Assembly: GCA_013239625.1 (NCBI GenBank)
Contig: MU053934.1
Span: forward strand, 12,061,413-12,125,412
Direction of reading: 5' to 3'
DNA length: 64,000 nucleotides
From: Lama guanicoe
Lineage: Eukaryota
The translations under genes and the position numbers were made by a program. The notes below the pieces were generated by a model. It worked only from the letters and a program-made list of their open reading frames with translations, searched no databases and was not told where the DNA came from. Below are positions 11,900 to 22,151 of this stretch, piece after piece; the first letter of the stretch is position 1, and every line of letters begins with the position of its first letter.

Positions 11900-12700
11900 G
11901 GGTCCGCTTCCCTGCCTCCCTGTCCTCGGAGGAACGGCCCGTGGGCCTCAGTGTCCTGGCTCCGGACGTGGGCCCCTGGCCCGCCCTCCCCGCGCCCTCC
12001 AGGCCGGAGCTGCGCGCTGCTTTGCCCCCACACAGCAGGAAAGGGCTGGCCGCCGCCCTCCGTGCCCGCCCTCCGGGAGCATGTCGCGGCGGCGGGGCGG
12101 GGCGGGGCGNNNNNNNNNNNNNNNNNNNNNNNNNNNNNNNNNNNNNNNNNNNNNNNNNNNNNNNNNNNNNNNNNNNNNNNNNNNNNNNNNNNNNNNNNNN
12201 NNNNNNNNNNCCGGGGGCCGCCCCCGCCTCTCCCCCCGCCCCGGCCCCTCCCCGCCGCGCCCGGGCCCCGGGGCCCCCTCCCCCACTCCCGGAGCAGCGG
12301 GGATGCGGCGGGGATGACGCCGACGGTAAAGCCCAAGGTTTCGGGACGTAGGCGCGGCGCGTGCGCGGTGGGCCACGACCTTCTTGGAAAGCGCTTGGCG
12401 CCAGGTGGCCGCGGGCGGGATGCGCGCGCTCCCCTTTACGTCATCGCAGGGGGTTCCCGAAGGAAACAGGCCTGGCGGAAGCGGGCGGGTGAATGAGATG
12501 CGAGGTCGAGGGTGGGCGGAAAGCAGGCCGCCCCCCACGTCCGCCGGGTGAGGGCGGCGGCGCGGAGTCTCAGCTCCGGAAGGATCCGGCGCTGGGGCCC
12601 CAGGGCTCTGGCCTGATGTGCGCAGGGGACCCGCACTTGCTCGCTGGGGCGTGAAGGTGTCTGTCCCTGGCGCCGAGGTTCTGTGCCCATTCCGTCCCAC
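11900..12700. promoter_or_regulatory. Orphan CpG island (promoter- or enhancer-like)
   Basis: Dense CpG, repeated GGGGCGGGG, GAS motif TTCTTGGAA at 12381-12389, CRE-like TTACGTCA at 12436-12443. Confidence 0.7.
12110..12210. other. Assembly gap (101 N)
   Basis: Run of N inside a G/C-run-rich CpG island. Confidence 1.
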
Positions 12701-13410
12701 ACGTCCTTCACCCCCTCCTGCCTGTGCCAAGGGTGGTCTCAGCAGGGTCTGAGCCCCCTCAGCTTCCCCCTCCCCGGGGAAGCACGGCCTTGCCCATGGG
12801 CCCCTGGACCACAGCCCACCCTCCCAGTGGGAGCCTGGTGGCACCTCTTACTGGGCTCAGGGAGAGGAGGGTAGCAGCCCCTGGAACCCCGCGGGGCTGG
12901 AGGTAGGGGGGTGCCTCTGTGGGGGTCAGCTCTGATCTGTTTACCAGGAGCTGACCATCCTTTGTAGTTTCAGAAAACGGTCAAAGAGAATAAACCTCAG
13001 ACAGCGGGGTGACCGCCAGCCCCCCATCCCTTGGACGAATCTGATCCCCCGTGTATTGCCCCCACACATGTCCTGCTGGAAGCCCAGTGGGCCTGCCAGG
13101 TCAGCTGGGACCCTGTGTCAAATCCACTTCTGGTCATGGACTAGGAATGAAGTGCTCCTTGGGGGTGAGACCCCCACGATCCCTTTTCACCCCTCCTCCA
13201 CGGTCTCCCGTCTGATGCCAGGCGTGGGGGCTGATCTGAGCACCCCTCCTCCACCTTGGGTCCCTCCGTCTAGCCCTGCCCCCTCCCACCTCCCACTCTC
13301 CGTCATCAGCACATCCGTCCTTAGGGTGAATGGTGGCTGGCAGTTGCCCCCCCCCCCCGGGGAGAGCAGGGCAGGAGGCACCAGCCAGAGACCCCCCAGC
13401 CTACTGCCCC

Positions 13411-13615
13411 AGGTGAACTGCACGCAGATCCTGGCTCAGCTGCTGACAGATAACAGTGGCCCTTGTCCAGCCTCGGGGTGGGGGCTGGGGTACCAGCCCC
13501 GGGTGTCTCGGGCAGATAATGGCACCCGCCCCCCCCCACCCTCAGGCCTCTTGTCCATTCACTCTCCATCCTCACTATTAATAGCTTCTCTCCTCAGTGG
13601 AGCCGCTATAAATAG
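13411..13615. promoter_or_regulatory. Candidate striated-muscle/cardiac enhancer or promoter (2x MEF2, 2x GATA, T-box, MEIS, E-box)
   Basis: CTATTAATAG 13575-13584, CTATAAATAG 13606-13615, AGATAA 13448 and 13514, AGGTGA 13411, CAGCTG 13437, TGACAG 13444. Confidence 0.55.
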
Positions 13616-16600
13616 TCCCCCAGCCCCTCACACAGGCCTGTTCTGGCGCCTGCTGCCCAGGCACACACAATCACCCACACACGCCTGCACACTGGCCCAC
13701 TCAGAGCCGCACGCCCGGGCACTGAGCCCACGCCTGCCCCGCTCCGTGGCCGGGCGCGCAGAGGGCTGTACACGGCCCAGCTGCCCTCAGCAGAGGCCAT
13801 CCCTGCGCCCCTCAGGGGTCCTCCCCGAGCCAGAGCCAGGCAGGGGTGTTGTTTCCATCCCCGTTGCTGCCTCTCCTGTCTCTCCCTGAGGCCACCCAGC
13901 CAAGGGGCCTGGAGCAGGCATTCTGGCCCGTGCCCCCTTCTCAGGATGCAGACACACCCGGGCTGCTCCTGGGGGCTGTACTCGGGGCTTTGGTGCCAGG
14001 GGCAGAGACTCCCTGCACCTTAAGCTTTCTCAGCTGGGGAGCGAGCACCATGTGCCCACCTGGCTGCACGCCCAGGGGCTGCTCCCCCAGCCCACTTGGT
14101 GGGGGAGCCACCTGGAGGCGGGGCCTGGCCCCTGCTGTCCCCTCTCAGGAGACCCAGCCCTGTGTGCACTCAGCGCTGGCTCTCTGCTCCCAGTGCTGCT
14201 GGGTCAGGCCCTGAGGCTCACAGGCCCTGCCTTCCCCCAAGGGGTGCAGGCCCCACCCAGCCCCCACCCACCCTGACTCCCTGGTTCTCGTGGACCCCAA
14301 AGCTGGGCTGGCCTCCCGCCTGTCCCAGGGGGTGGGCGCCACTGAATTCCTGTCCTCTGCTTGTCCTAGGGGCCTCATCAAAAGTAGCCATGCCGTGACC
14401 CCCATTCCCACAGTGGCAGGATGGCCCCTGACCCGGGGAGCTTCCCCTACAGGACCCCGTGGCTGTTGGTGCCGGTGGCCGGGATGGGGGGCTTGGAGAT
14501 CACTGTTATTGTGCCAAGAGGAGAAAGAAAACAACCCTGTTTACGGAAAAGGCACGTCCGCTGCTGCTGGCCCACAGCCTCCCTAGGGGACAGAGGCCCT
14601 TTGTTAGGAAAACAGGAAGCGAGGATTTCCAGGACCCGTCGGGCCACCCGCCGGCCACCCGCCTAGTTTCCGCCAATTCTCAGCAGTTTCTGCCTGTCGC
14701 CAGCTGCCTGTCTGTCCATCTCCTTGTCTGCACGTCCCTCTGAGCTCCAGGCTCAGAGGCTTGCAGCTTTGGGGCAAAGCTGCTGCCATCCCAGCTCCAC
14801 AGGCAGGGGTGGGGGGTAATCACCTAGAGGTGGCTCTCCCCTGCACCGTGTGCCCTGGTCACCCAGGGGCAGACACCCAGAAAGCACCCAGGTGCCTGGC
14901 TTCGGGCAGAGCTGGAAACACTGACCAGCCAGGCCCTCAGAGTGCTGGAGTCACAGACTCGTGTGGAAACCCACCGAGAGGTCAGCCCCGCCTGTTGGCC
15001 CGCCACGAGCCAGGAAACACATGTGTGGGTGGGGGCTTTGTTAGGTCACGACCACCAGGAGCACCCCTGGGGGCAGCCCTGGACCGAAGGCCCAAGGGGC
15101 ACGGAGAAGGGGGGCGGGGGAACTAGAGGGCTGAGGGGGAGGCTGAGACAGCCTGAGACCCCCTCCTGCCCCCATACCCTGCCCCTCCCCGTCCCAGGCC
15201 AGGTGGGATCGTGGGGTCAGCAGTCACCTGGCTGCACAGGCCAACGTCCAGCCAGGGGCTCACCAGCTACTCGCTAGTTGTCCCCACCCCAGCGTGGGCA
15301 CATGTGCACGCCTGTGTGCTCACCTGTACATATGCGCACATGCAATCACACGTGTTCTTGCGTACACACATGCACAGGCATAAACATGTGGGCGCTGATT
15401 GTCAGCACAGTCACCATGTCCCCATGTGCAGGACGTCACCAGCTGCACCCCCCACCCCTCCCCCAGCCGACATCTGCTAGGGGAGATGGATGAGGCCCAG
15501 TTGGCTCCCCCACCTCTTGGGCACTGGCCCCTGGCTGGCTTGCGGGGTGGCCCTGCCTGGTGCAGCTGGGAGGTGCCACAGGGTGCCTGGTGCTGGCGGG
15601 AGCTGGGCCAGCACTGCTAGGGTGACCGTTCCCCACCCCCACCCAGCAGGAAACCACCCCTCCCCCTGCCTGGGCTTCTCTGATTCTGAGTGGCCTCTGC
15701 TTCATGCCCTGTCCATCCAACTCGGTTGCACCGTGGCCTCAGCCCTGCGGGGCGGGTGCGGGGCAGGCACCGGAAGGCCAAGGGACCAGTGTCCAGGGGA
15801 AGTCAGAGAAAGGAGGTCCAGGGCACAGCAGGCCGGGCGGGCCCTGGGGCCCTGCTTCTCTGGCAGGTGTCCGATACCCCTGGGGCAACCCAGCGGCCGC
15901 CCCTGTGTCTGCCTGTCCTCTCCTCTGTCCCCGTGCCCACCTGTGTCCCTGAAGGTGGGCAAAACACAGTGCTGTCCAAAGGGGGATGGCTCTGGCCAGG
16001 CCTGGCCGGTCAGCCCCTGTCCCTCCACATCCTGATGTGGCATCATCCTCAGGCTGCTGGTGGGAGAGCTTGGCCCCCATCAAAGCAGTTCTGAGTTTTC
16101 TGCTCTTTCTTTTGTTCAACCATCAATCACAAGGTAAAGGAGCCGAGCTGGCCCATGTCCCACCCTGGACTGGGAGGGGGGACTGAGACCTGGAGAGTGA
16201 CCTCCCGAGCTCACAGGCAGCTGGACGCCAGTGACTCCCAGGGCCCCGATGCTGGGTGTGCAGCGGCTCGGAGGGGCTGTAAGAGCAGAAAGGGAGGCAA
16301 GAACTCCACAACACCCTGACCAAGTGGCCTTCGGCCCAGCTCTGGCCCCGGCACAGGGAGCTCAGTCAGGGCTGAAGGACAGTGTGGGATGCAGAGGACA
16401 GCTGGGTCTCCTGGGGCTGAAGACCCCTCCAGGAGACTCTTGCCCTCTGCTGCCCACCTTTGTCTTCGGGGAGTGCCAGGGGCCAGGGAGGCCTGGCGGA
16501 GGTGAGGGAGGGGCTGCCTGGGTAGGGACCACTGGGTGGGGGCAAGGCGACAGTCAATGCCAGACCGCGGGCAGTATGGCCGGCCTAGCGCAGGGCCAGG

Positions 16601-17183
16601 CCCGCAAAAGCAGCACGCAGAGCAGAGCTGGTGGGAGGAGTTGGGGCAGATCCGGGGGGACTTGGCTTCTCGCCTGGGTCGGAGAGCCGGGTGGGCTGTG
16701 TGCAAGGGGCCGCGATCTGACCGAGGTTAAGCAGATCCTTCTGCTGCGCGGTGTGGGGGAGAGGCCGCTGTGGAACTCCCACAGCCCGGGTCAGGGGGCC
16801 AGGTTCCGGGTGGGGTCTTTGTCTGGTTCTGCTGCTCGTGGTCTGGGTCCAGTGTCATGGCCCCTGTGTCCAGGCCTCGGCGTGCTGCCATGGGTGTGTC
16901 CTCCGCGGGCTGATAGTCCACAGCCTGCCGAGGACCCCTGGAGGAGGCGCCTTGGCCAGACAATGGGGGAGAAATGCAGGCACCGGGGGCCTGGCTTCAG
17001 TGCCTGCTTCAAGGATGCCTCCGCTGGAAGCTCAAGTCAGGGGATTTGTGTGTCCACATGTCCATCTGTCCTTGAGTCCGTATTTCCAAGTGTCTGTATG
17101 TCCATGTGCCCGTCTATCCCTCCGCCCGGCCATCTGCAATTCTAAAGACCCATTGGCTCTCCAGAAAGTTTTGTTTAATGGTA

Positions 17184-17197
17184 AATAAAGGAATAAA
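17184..17197 (+). terminator. Tandem AATAAA signals not assigned to a known gene
   Basis: AATAAA at 17184-17189 and 17192-17197, U-rich upstream, GU-rich downstream (cttgtctgtg). Confidence 0.4.
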
Positions 17198-19424
17198 CCC
17201 ACTTGTCTGTGCAGTCACTGCCACCCGACCCCACCCCGCGACCTGACCGTGGTCCTGAAGTGCGCTCCCAGGAAAGAACTACTTACTTAATGATGACTGA
17301 GTGGGCGAGTGACTGAGTGAGAGCGATGTGTTGGTCCAGTCCCCCCTCTGCTCACTGCTCACCCAGTCCAAGCCCCAACCTACCCTCCTGAGCAACAGAG
17401 GTGTGTGCGGGAAGGAGAGATGTCCCCAGTGTTGCGTGTGTAGCTCCTGAAGCTAGGCAGCCATTGGACCCCTGCCTAGTGTGGCTGGGCCCAGGCTGGG
17501 CTCTGAGGGGTGTGGGGCGGCTCCTCGGGGACTCCTCTGCCCTGGTCCATGGGGTGGGTGATGTGAGGGCCGGTCATCACCCACCAGAGTCCCCAGACTC
17601 CGAGTCAGCCTCACCTGCATTCGAGCCAGCTGTCACAGCCGGGGGAGGCAGGGAGGGCCAGTTCCTGCGTGGGGCCCAGGCTTCCGCTGCGCACCCCCAG
17701 TGCAGGCCACAGGGGCACCCAAGATGGGGAGGCCGGCCACTCCCACCTGGAAGCAAGCAGGGCAGGGACACCCTTTGAGTGACTGGCAACTTTTTCTAAA
17801 AATCACCCTTGGGCGCCTGCTCCCCAGCCCCCACATCCAGAGCAGAGCCCCGGAAACAGCAGCCCGCTGTGGGCTGGTGAGTGGGTGGGGGCCATGTGGC
17901 TGGAGGGCCTCATGGCCTGTGGCTACCCGACCCCCAGACCCCCCTGCCCGCAGCGCTGTCCCCCACCCCTTTCCTGCCCTGAGTCTTCAGGAAAGGACCC
18001 ACAGACATGTCAAGAAGGGAGGTTTTCTCCTTAATGAGGACCCCAGCCTTTGGGACACTCCGGCTGGTGACTCTTCCCTGACACAGAGTCTGGTCTTGGC
18101 AGTCACACTGCCTGCCGCCTCGAACATGGTGGCCACCTGCTCATCTGCTGCCCTCAAGCAGCCCGGCCGTGCTCCTCACTGTGTGCCCTGGAGAGACTGG
18201 CTTCCTTGAGCACCAAGATCTCCGACTCAGAGCTGTGGGGACTGGAACACAGGCTCCCCGGGGTGGAGGGACACTGGGAGCGACCACTCCAGCTCCCCTC
18301 CCTCGGGTCCTGGCACAGCACAACTCAGGTCCCATGCTCCAGCACCCAGGGCCTGCACTGTGACCCTGCCACCGTGAGGACACTGACATTCCAAGGGTTC
18401 TCAGTCCTGGGACCTTGCCATGTGAATGCCGGAGCCCTGACACAGCCCTGGAGCAGAGCTGGCCAGTGTGCATGGTCTGTTCCGTGGGAGAGCTGTGTCT
18501 GGTCCTCTTTCTTGATGGGGACAGAAAACAGTGCATTCACCAAACCCGGAGCCGCGGTCCCCTCACCAGAGGCTACAGCATTGCGCTCGCTCCCCCCAGA
18601 CACCGCACCTGCGGCCGCCCGGTCACCACCAGGGCCACCCCAGTGACTAAACGGGGAAGAGGTGGAGACCACCACCTGCACCTCAGGGCTGCAGGGAGAC
18701 ATGTCTCTGTCCCACGCTGGTAGCTCTTCCCTCCTAGGCTGAGCACCTCGTGCAAGGGGTGTCCCGGTTCAGTGCATCCACGCCTGCTGTGCACTCAGGG
18801 ACTGGAGAAGTGGCCACTGTGGCCCATGGGTCACCTGCCTTCACAGGACCCATCACCTGACCCCACGTGCCCCAGCTCTAGCAGGATCATGACGTTCCGC
18901 CAGGTGCCGATGCCAGCGCAGACCCAACGCTGTGTCCTCTCCCCAGGGCGCTGTGCGGGGTCCTGCTGTGCCATCCCCTCAGCGCGGGCCACTCCTCCAG
19001 TTGCTGGGTCACCATGGTGTTGCCCAGTGACGGGCTGGGAGCTGCCAGAGGCTTCAGCTGGGGGTGGAGCTGGCTATGGCGAGAGGCCATCAGGGAGGAC
19101 AGGGCAGAGCAGTGGGAGGACCAGATTTAGTCATCCAGGCCCCTGGCTGCACTGCCAGGGTGGAGGCAGGGAGGGCTGTGAGGAGGGGCACTGGGGTCTT
19201 CCAGGTGAGGCAGGACAGTGACAGGGGCCAGGGGTGGGTGGTGAGCACTGGCAGATTCTGCACGCCCTGTGCCTCCCCTCCCCTCCAGGGTGGACCTGGC
19301 TGCTCTGGAACCTCCCCGTGGAGAGGCCCACGTGTGCGGAGCTGCAAGAGGCTGGAGCAGTCACAGGGTTCCCACCCTGGCCAACCCTTCCCGTGAGACC
19401 ACAGCCCCACTCAGCACCATGACG

Positions 19425-19530
19425 CAGAGGAAATGGCCCTGCCACGCCTGGATTCCAGACCCACAGAGGCCAGGAGACAATGAACCCATGTCGATTTAAG
19501 CCATGAGGGTTTGGGGTAATCTGCTACCTG
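19425..19530 (+). mobile_element. MLT1-like LTR 3' fragment
   Basis: ggccctgccacgcctggattccagac...gagacaatgaacccatgtcgatttaagcca...ggtttggggtaatctgctac. Confidence 0.5.
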
Positions 19531-19969
19531 ACAAAAGATGACCCACACAGTTGAGGGTGGAGCCAGCTGTGGGTGAGAGAGAAGCCCAGGGCGCCCAGAA
19601 AGGGAAGGGAGCCTGGCTGTCAGGGCCCTTGGCCAGCCGGGCCGGCCGGTAGGGGAGATCCAGACAGGCGTGTCAGATGAGCGGTGAAGCCACAGAGGTC
19701 GCTGTTGGACCCTGTGGAGGGAAACATGATGGGGCGGGGGCTGTGAAGGGTGCAGAGCACGGGGAGGTGGGTCAGGGATGGGGAGAGAGGGAGACGGAGC
19801 AGCAGGAGGGCAGCTGGGAGGGTGCTTCTCCCGCCACATCCACTGCCCCAGTGGAAGGGAGTGGCCATGAGAGGGTCCAAGGGGGAAAGAGGCAGGTTGG
19901 TGGGGGCCGGGATTCTGGGCTGGGCGAGGAAGAAGGAGAGGGAGGGAGGGAAGGAGGGGGTGTCTGGGA

Positions 19970-20690
19970 GTGAAAAGATGCAAACCAAGACCACCCTGAG
20001 CTCCCACTCACGCCCACCAGGATGGGTGTCACCAAAAATCAAAACGAACCAAGCAGTACGTGGCCAAGATGTGGTAAACTTGTACCCTGTGGCTGCTGAG
20101 GGGAATGTGACTGGTGGAAAACACAGTGGATGTGCCCCAGGATGCTGGGCTTGCGTCCCCTGCGACCCAGGCCCCGTCCTTGGGTGTCGGCTTGAAAGAG
20201 CTGAACACGGGGGGCCCCGACCGCCATCCACACGCCCAGGTTCATGGCAGTGTATTCCCAGGACACAAAGGGGCCTGTGTGTCCACCACCTGACGAATGC
20301 AGAGTTTGGTCCACCCAGACAGTGGCCTTAAAGGAGGGGATCCCGACACAGCATGGCAGATGCTACGATGTGGATGGACTTTGAGGACACTGTGCTGAGC
20401 GAAGCAAGCCAGTCACAAAGGGGAAGTACTGCCCGATCGACTCCTTCTAGGTGCCCGGAGAAGTCAGATTCAGAGGCAGAGAGGAGCGGGTGGGTACCAG
20501 GGGCCGGGTGAGCAGGACTGAGTGTCCAACGCGGACCGAGGGTCAGTTTGGGAAGATGAGGAAGTTCTGGAGGGAATGATGGTGGTGGTCACACCACAAC
20601 CCGAACGTACTTAATGCCACTGAGCTGTGCACTTAGTGGGTAAATGGCAAATTTTATATTATGCACATGTTACCATGATGCAAAATAGAA
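19970..20690 (+). mobile_element. Old L1 (L1MB-like) ORF2 3' end and 3'UTR
   Basis: atgcaaaccaagaccaccctgag; gatgtggatggactttgaggacactgtgctgagcgaagcaagccagtcacaaa; gtacttaatgccactgagctgtgcactta...aaatggcaaattttatattatg. Confidence 0.75.
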
Positions 20691-22123
20691 ACAGCTGGGT
20701 TAGTCTGGTGCAGCGTTTCACTGTTCTGGTAGGAAAAAAACATACACTCCTCTCCCATGAGCTGCAGTGTGTGCCGTGAGGGCACGGCTCTCCAGTGACC
20801 TCACCCGGCTCGGTACACAGATAAAGGGTAACATTCACGGTGCTGATGTTTAAATTAAATGTTCATTTACAACATTAAATAAATGAATAAAAATAGCACG
20901 ACAAATCTGTGCACTTTTCTGCCTGTATGTTGCATTTAACAATTAAAATGTTAAAATATATATCTATATACATATTTTAAAAGACATTTCCTGGGCATAT
21001 CTCCCCGTCACCTCCCGAGGCCCCCAGCCCCAGGTCTGAGAACTCAGGGCGGCCCTGGGGCCCCCGGGGCCACCAGTCGGGTCTCTGATTGGCAGTCTGC
21101 ACTCTAACAAGCTCCAGGACCTCCCCAAGGGCCCCTCCCGGCTGGTCTGAGTCGAGCTGCCTTTGGTGAGAGGAGCGATGTCGAGTGGCTCACCGCTGCC
21201 TGCTTACACTGACTGCACGATGAGGCCGCATGTCGGAGAGACCAGGGTAAATAACACTAAGTTTCATTTCCCCTGTTTCTTGCTGCTTTACTTGAGTTCT
21301 TGCTACTTTCGCCTGAGTTTGCTGTGTCTTGGGTGGCACTGGTCTAGAAGGCCCCTCCCCTTTTTTTCTTTTTCAAACAGCTCTGAGAGGGCCCGCTGCA
21401 CAGCCTGGAGCTGGCGGGAGACTGGACCCAGTGCCAGCCCATCCTCCCCTCGGGTCCCCTCCCCACATCTGATCACACCCCAGCAGCCAGGCCCCTCCCT
21501 GTCCTGCCAACCTGGGCTTACCTTCACCTGCCCCTCAGCACCCCGCCCCGCCAGTTCCTCCCCACCTCGGTGTCCCCAGCGCTCCCACTCACCTTGCCCA
21601 GGCTACCCCCACCTTCCCACCTCCCCCAACCCAGCCTGGCCAGCTCTGGCCACCTCAAGCCCAACCCAGAAACTGGGGACCACAAATCTGGAAGCCCCGG
21701 GGGTCTGTTCAGAATTCCTCTCACCAGCCCCATGGGCCACAGGATGGGGACAAGTGCCCCATTAGTGCAGAGGAGACAAGGCAGCCTGGCCCCGTACAGC
21801 TGAGCTGCAGAACCACCACCAGGGTGTAGGGATACGGGGCCTGGACGAGGTCTTCTAACAGATGAGGACGTGTGCTGAGCCGGCTGGGGCTAGACCCCAG
21901 CTTTGTGACCCGGATGGGGCTGCCCCTATGAGTAGCAGGCTGTCTTCAGCTGGGGCCCTGGCATGCAAGGATGCCACGCTCGGGGTGGCTGTGCGTCCTG
22001 ATGCAGGCAAGGTGCTGTGTGCCCGCACAGAGCAGGGGCAGGCCTGCCGGTCTGCGCGCACGCGCACACACGCACGCGCACACACCCCAGCGCGGGAACG
22101 CTGGCTTCCTGGGCCCAGCAGCC

Positions 22124-22151
22124 TTCTAGGGAAGCTATTTGTCATGCAAAT
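22124..22151 (+). promoter_or_regulatory. SOX-OCT composite motif with adjacent STAT-like TTC-N4-GAA
   Basis: ATTTGTCATGCAAAT 22137-22151; TTCTAGGGAA 22124-22133. Confidence 0.5.

Noticed and set aside
11488..12844. ORFs of 136-298 aa spanning the N gap (similar ORFs span the gap at 52501-52593)
   Set aside because: They read through unknown bases in a CpG island, so the frame across the gap is meaningless.
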